NCBI GenBank assembly: GCA_030059675.1
Contig: JANVYQ010000001.1
Coordinates: forward strand, 160,001-224,000
DNA length: 64,000 nucleotides
Reading direction: 5' to 3'
From: Candidatus Pelearchaeum maunauluense
GTDB lineage: Archaea > Thermoproteota > Nitrososphaeria_A > Caldarchaeales > Caldarchaeaceae
Shown here: positions 60,842 to 64,000 of the stretch, piece after piece
Numbering within the stretch: position 1 is the first letter of the stretch
Layout: each line of letters begins with the position of its first letter
The notes under the pieces: model-generated
Told to the model about the DNA's origin: nothing
What the model saw: the letters and a program-made list of their open reading frames with translations, nothing else
Databases searched by the model: none
Program-made: the position numbers and the translations under genes

Positions 60842-62056
60842 ATGGTGCAGACCAGTCCAAAGGTTCTTAGCCTAACGCCATTAGATAAGGCGCTCTCTCT
60901 AATCAAAGAAAGCCTATCAAGCTATGTGGCGCGCACTAAGACTATTCAAGTGGAGGATAGTATAGGATATGTTGCAGCTGAAGATGTTTTCTCAAGCGTT
61001 GATATTCCTCCTTATCCTAAGGCTGCTGTTGATGGTGTAGCTGCGAGGAGTGGTCGTTTGGGTGGTGCGTCGCTCAGTAATCCTGTTAGGCTTAGGTTGG
61101 TGCGTAATCCTATTCATGAATTGCAGGAGGGGGAGGCTGTTTTTGTTTCTACCGGCGATGGAATACCCAGCGGCGCTAATGTAGTGGTCAAGATTGAGAA
61201 TGTTAGGCTTGTTGATGACGATTATGCGGAGGTTGTGGTGGCCGTTCCAGAGGGTAAGAATATAATTCCAGAGGGTTATGAGATTAAGGTTGGAGATAAG
61301 CTCGTAGAGAAGGGCAGGCGCATAAAGCCTGAAGACACAGCCCTCCTCATGGAGGCCGAGGTTGATGAGGTGCTCGTCTATGAGCGGCCCAAGATAGGGC
61401 TAATACCCGTAGGTGATGACATATACTTGGAGTTTATGAAGAGCGGGATAAAAGGTGCCAACTACTCGTTTTTAGCCGCAAAGAAGATTAATGAGTTCGG
61501 TGGGGATGTGGTGTTGATTGACCCCTCGCCTGATGATGTTGATACCCTATCTGAGAAAATCTTCAAAGCGTCAAAGACATGCGACGCGATATTCACTGTG
61601 GGCGGCTGTTCTATTGGGAGGAATGATATTGTCCATAGGACGGTAGCGGGAATGTCTGGTGCGCGTATTCTGTTTCATGGACTCAAGTATAATCCTGCTA
61701 AGCCCTCTGGATACGCGCTCATAGGTAGCACGCCTCTCCTCATGCTCCCAGGCCACGTGGTATCTATGGTCGGCGCTCTCCACCTGCTCGGTAAACCACT
61801 GATTAACCATCTCCAAGGCCTAGCGTATGATGACGAGAAACCGATAATAGCTAAGGTAGCGGCTGACCAGAAGCTTAAGCCCGGTATGGGAAACATGGTG
61901 CTGGTTAGACTGGAGAGAAGAGATAAGGACTATCTTGCATGGCCTTTATCATGGGGCACTAACTCCATAAAGAACCTAGTCATAGCTGATGGCTTTGTCT
62001 TGGTTGATGAGGGGGATTTAAAGGCAGGCCAGCAGGTAGATGTATTCCCACTATGA
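60842..62056 (+). CDS. moeA: Molybdopterin molybdo/tungsto-transferase MoeA
   Basis: PPYPKAAVDG, TGDGIPSGA.VV..E, GGCSIG..D, P.KP, LPG. Confidence 0.88.
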   Translation: MVQTSPKVLSLTPLDKALSLIKESLSSYVARTKTIQVEDSIGYVAAEDVFSSVDIPPYPKAAVDGVAARSGRLGGASLSNPVRLRLVRNPIHELQEGEAVFVSTGDGIPSGANVVVKIENVRLVDDDYAEVVVAVPEGKNIIPEGYEIKVGDKLVEKGRRIKPEDTALLMEAEVDEVLVYERPKIGLIPVGDDIYLEFMKSGIKGANYSFLAAKKINEFGGDVVLIDPSPDDVDTLSEKIFKASKTCDAIFTVGGCSIGRNDIVHRTVAGMSGARILFHGLKYNPAKPSGYALIGSTPLLMLPGHVVSMVGALHLLGKPLINHLQGLAYDDEKPIIAKVAADQKLKPGMGNMVLVRLERRDKDYLAWPLSWGTNSIKNLVIADGFVLVDEGDLKAGQQVDVFPL

Positions 62057-62069
62057 GCGTGGAGCCACA

Positions 62070-62609
62070 TTGACTGTTATTATAGCGGTGTTTGGTAAGA
62101 AGAAGAGTGGGAAGACAGCGGTTATAGAAGCATTAATCCGCGCGCTAAACAACGATAATCTAACAATAACAGCCGCAAAGCATGTGCATCACGCTGACTT
62201 CTCCATAGATAATCCAAGCAAGGATAGCTGGCGATTCGGCAAAGCAGGGGCTAGGAGAGTCTTCATATTCTCTCCCAACGAGCTCGTTTCCATTGAGAAG
62301 ACTTCTGGAAATGAGGTTGATGAGGAGAGGCTACTCAATATAATATCAGATTCGGCTACTGATATAGTGTTCTTGGAGGGGTTTTATCAGACTCTTGCGC
62401 GCAATAGCCGTGTCTATAAGCTTGTGGTAGGCCGCGACTCCGGGGATGTTGCCGATATAGTGAGGGGGTGCCACGAACCATTACTAGGGTGTGCTTTATT
62501 GGGTAATGATGACAAATCTAATGAGGTGCTAAAGGCTGGGAAAACATACAAACTCTGGGACGATTTTAACGAGCTTGTTAGAGATATTAGAGCGTTGGCG
62601 AGGCGTTAA
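62070..62609 (+). CDS. mobB: Molybdopterin-guanine dinucleotide biosynthesis protein MobB
   Basis: GKKKSGKT, AKHVHH, KDSWRF..AGA, LEGF; likely TTG 62070. Confidence 0.88.
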   Translation: MTVIIAVFGKKKSGKTAVIEALIRALNNDNLTITAAKHVHHADFSIDNPSKDSWRFGKAGARRVFIFSPNELVSIEKTSGNEVDEERLLNIISDSATDIVFLEGFYQTLARNSRVYKLVVGRDSGDVADIVRGCHEPLLGCALLGNDDKSNEVLKAGKTYKLWDDFNELVRDIRALARR

Positions 62610-63040
62610 TACTGGTAGTAATATGATGCTGGTCTTTTTGTGAGCCATCGCGCTCCTGCAACTAGGTAGATTAATGCGAATATCGCAGCTAGGGCTAGAA
62701 CAACTAATGATTCTTCTATCGGCCCTCCTCCTATCCGCGAGAGGAATGCAGATGGGGTGAGTATGTGTAGTATGCCTGCGAGTATTCCCAAGACGCCGAC
62801 GGCTTTGGAGCCTGTTCTGCGCGTGGTGAGAAAAGCGGCCAGATATAGTATGTTGCTCACTACCTACATGAAAATTGGAACTAGAAATGCAACGGCGTAT
62901 AACACGACAAATGCTAGTCCGCCTAAGCCAGCTCCGCTTAGCTGTGGTGGTGAGAGGAGTAAGTATAGTAGTATTATTGTGGCGAGGAGCATCAACAGAA
63001 ATCCTACTGCCGAGGGGGTGATTCCAGCCCTCCACCCCAT
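62606..63040 (-). pseudogene. Multi-TM membrane protein interrupted by one in-frame TAG at 62864-62866
   Basis: ATG 63040 MGWRAGITPS...VPIFM*VVSNILYLAAF continues in the frame of ORF 62606..62860. Confidence 0.65.
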
Positions 63041-63075
63041 ACGCGGCGCAGCTTTATTTCTATCTTAAAAATCTT

Positions 63076-63291
63076 CTAACGCGACGCAGAGACTCTACTA
63101 GCCATTTTACGTATCTCATCGCGAAGCTGCTTAGCAACATCTAGGATATCGCGGAAATAGGTTGGCTCAAGCTTTTCAGCCCCATCCCTGATAAGGAGTT
63201 GCTCTTCCTCTATTTTCTTCTCCTGAGCATCCAGCTCTATTCCACCCTCTTTGCGCTGTTCCCCGCTTTTAGTAGCGGTTTTAGCGTTCAT
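63076..63291 (-). CDS. Small helical/coiled-coil hypothetical protein
   Basis: Charged helical ORF overlapping the upstream stop. Confidence 0.5.
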   Translation of the reverse strand: MNAKTATKSGEQRKEGGIELDAQEKKIEEEQLLIRDGAEKLEPTYFRDILDVAKQLRDEIRKMASRVSASR

Positions 63292-63578
63292 TAGGTTCTG
63301 CTTTTATCTCGTCTAACGTTTTCTCAAGCTGTTCTAGTTTTTGTTCAAATGGTGAGAGCATTAGCGTTGGTGGGCGGGATTCTCTCTGCATCATGTTTTC
63401 TCTTCTTGTTATGGTGGTTTGTTGCTGGCTTCTCTGATGCGTAGAAGCGGGTCTGTTTGATGCTATTATTATAACGGCTATGAGCAGGGCTATCACCGCT
63501 GCGGTGGCCAGAATCCATGCTAGGGTGTCATTAGCCTGTGGTGGTATTATTGCGGTTTTCGCCCCCTACGTGGGTCAT
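63281..63578 (-). pseudogene. Single-TM coiled-coil protein, probable 1-nt insertion in G5 run 63562-63566
   Basis: ATG 63578 overlaps the arlJ stop (ATGA); removing one G joins it to ORF 63281..63496. Confidence 0.5.
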
Positions 63579-64000
63579 GTGCTCACCAGGCTTGAGAGCT
63601 GCCGCCCTATTGAGGCGAATGCATCAAGCACAAAGCCGCTGAGGGCTGCTACGCCGAGATACGTTATGCCGCTGACCATCAGCAAGACCTCCGCGTGGAA
63701 CGTGAAGGTGAATATGGCGTCTCCGTCTGAGAGGTAGATGTTTAGTGCGCTTATGACCGCTACGGCCACCGCTATCCAGTAGAAGTATAGGGTTGTTAAT
63801 GTTGGTGGGATTGGTGTTATGAGTTGAAGGAACTGCGAGACTAGGGAGGATATTTCGTTGAATATGCCCATGAGCGAGTTCATTAGGCCGAATATTGCTA
63901 CCAGCGTCATCTGGAGGGGTATTACCATCCCCTTGAGAACCCCGCTCACTTGCTTACGCTTCTTATCACGAAGTAGCTGCGTTGTGAGGTACTCGTTCAC
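63575..64000 (-). CDS. Archaellum/type IV pilus platform protein ArlJ (FlaJ/TadC), C-terminal part
   Basis: LRDKKRKQVS...GMVIPL followed by TM helices and a DG turn, as in ArlJ C-termini; truncated by window. Confidence 0.65.
   Translation of the reverse strand: MNEYLTTQLLRDKKRKQVSGVLKGMVIPLQMTLVAIFGLMNSLMGIFNEISSLVSQFLQLITPIPPTLTTLYFYWIAVAVAVISALNIYLSDGDAIFTFTFHAEVLLMVSGITYLGVAALSGFVLDAFASIGRQLSSLVST

Noticed and set aside
62529-63035. 168-aa ORF in the track
   Set aside because: Shadow frame; the hydrophobic frame from ATG 63040 is the plausible gene
1-64000. Many antisense and overlapping 60-180 aa ORFs in the track
   Set aside because: They lie on or opposite well-supported genes and lack motifs

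Overview
Chromosomal segment of a thermophilic aerobic archaeon. The gene set and protein styles suggest Caldarchaeales/'Aigarchaeota' (inference, no phylogeny run). Core genes: hisDCB, EndoQ, ribokinase, gnd, eIF1A-rio1-dim2-top6B, AlkA, LysW-dependent Arg/Lys pathway with argH, tgtA, a beta-CASP nuclease, moeA-mobB, tRNA-Gly(GCC) and the 3' end of arlJ. Respiratory set with no cytochrome c in the window: Rieske, cytochrome b, three membrane-anchored cupredoxins, an A1 heme-copper oxidase with fused subunits I+III, and SCO. Most notable: (1) a hemC-D-B-A-chdC-hemL-hemE cluster pointing to coproporphyrin-dependent heme synthesis, lying between lysZ and lysY; (2) a tandem palindromic operator, with a compensatory change, in front of an archaeal AAA+/wHTH ATPase; (3) a shared CCTTCA/TGAAGG promoter element at respiratory genes; (4) three genes each broken by a single in-frame TAG, plus several 1-nt frameshifts, all outside the core genes; (5) a decayed island where top6A would usually sit. 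No CRISPR array, rRNA, integrase or transposase was seen.
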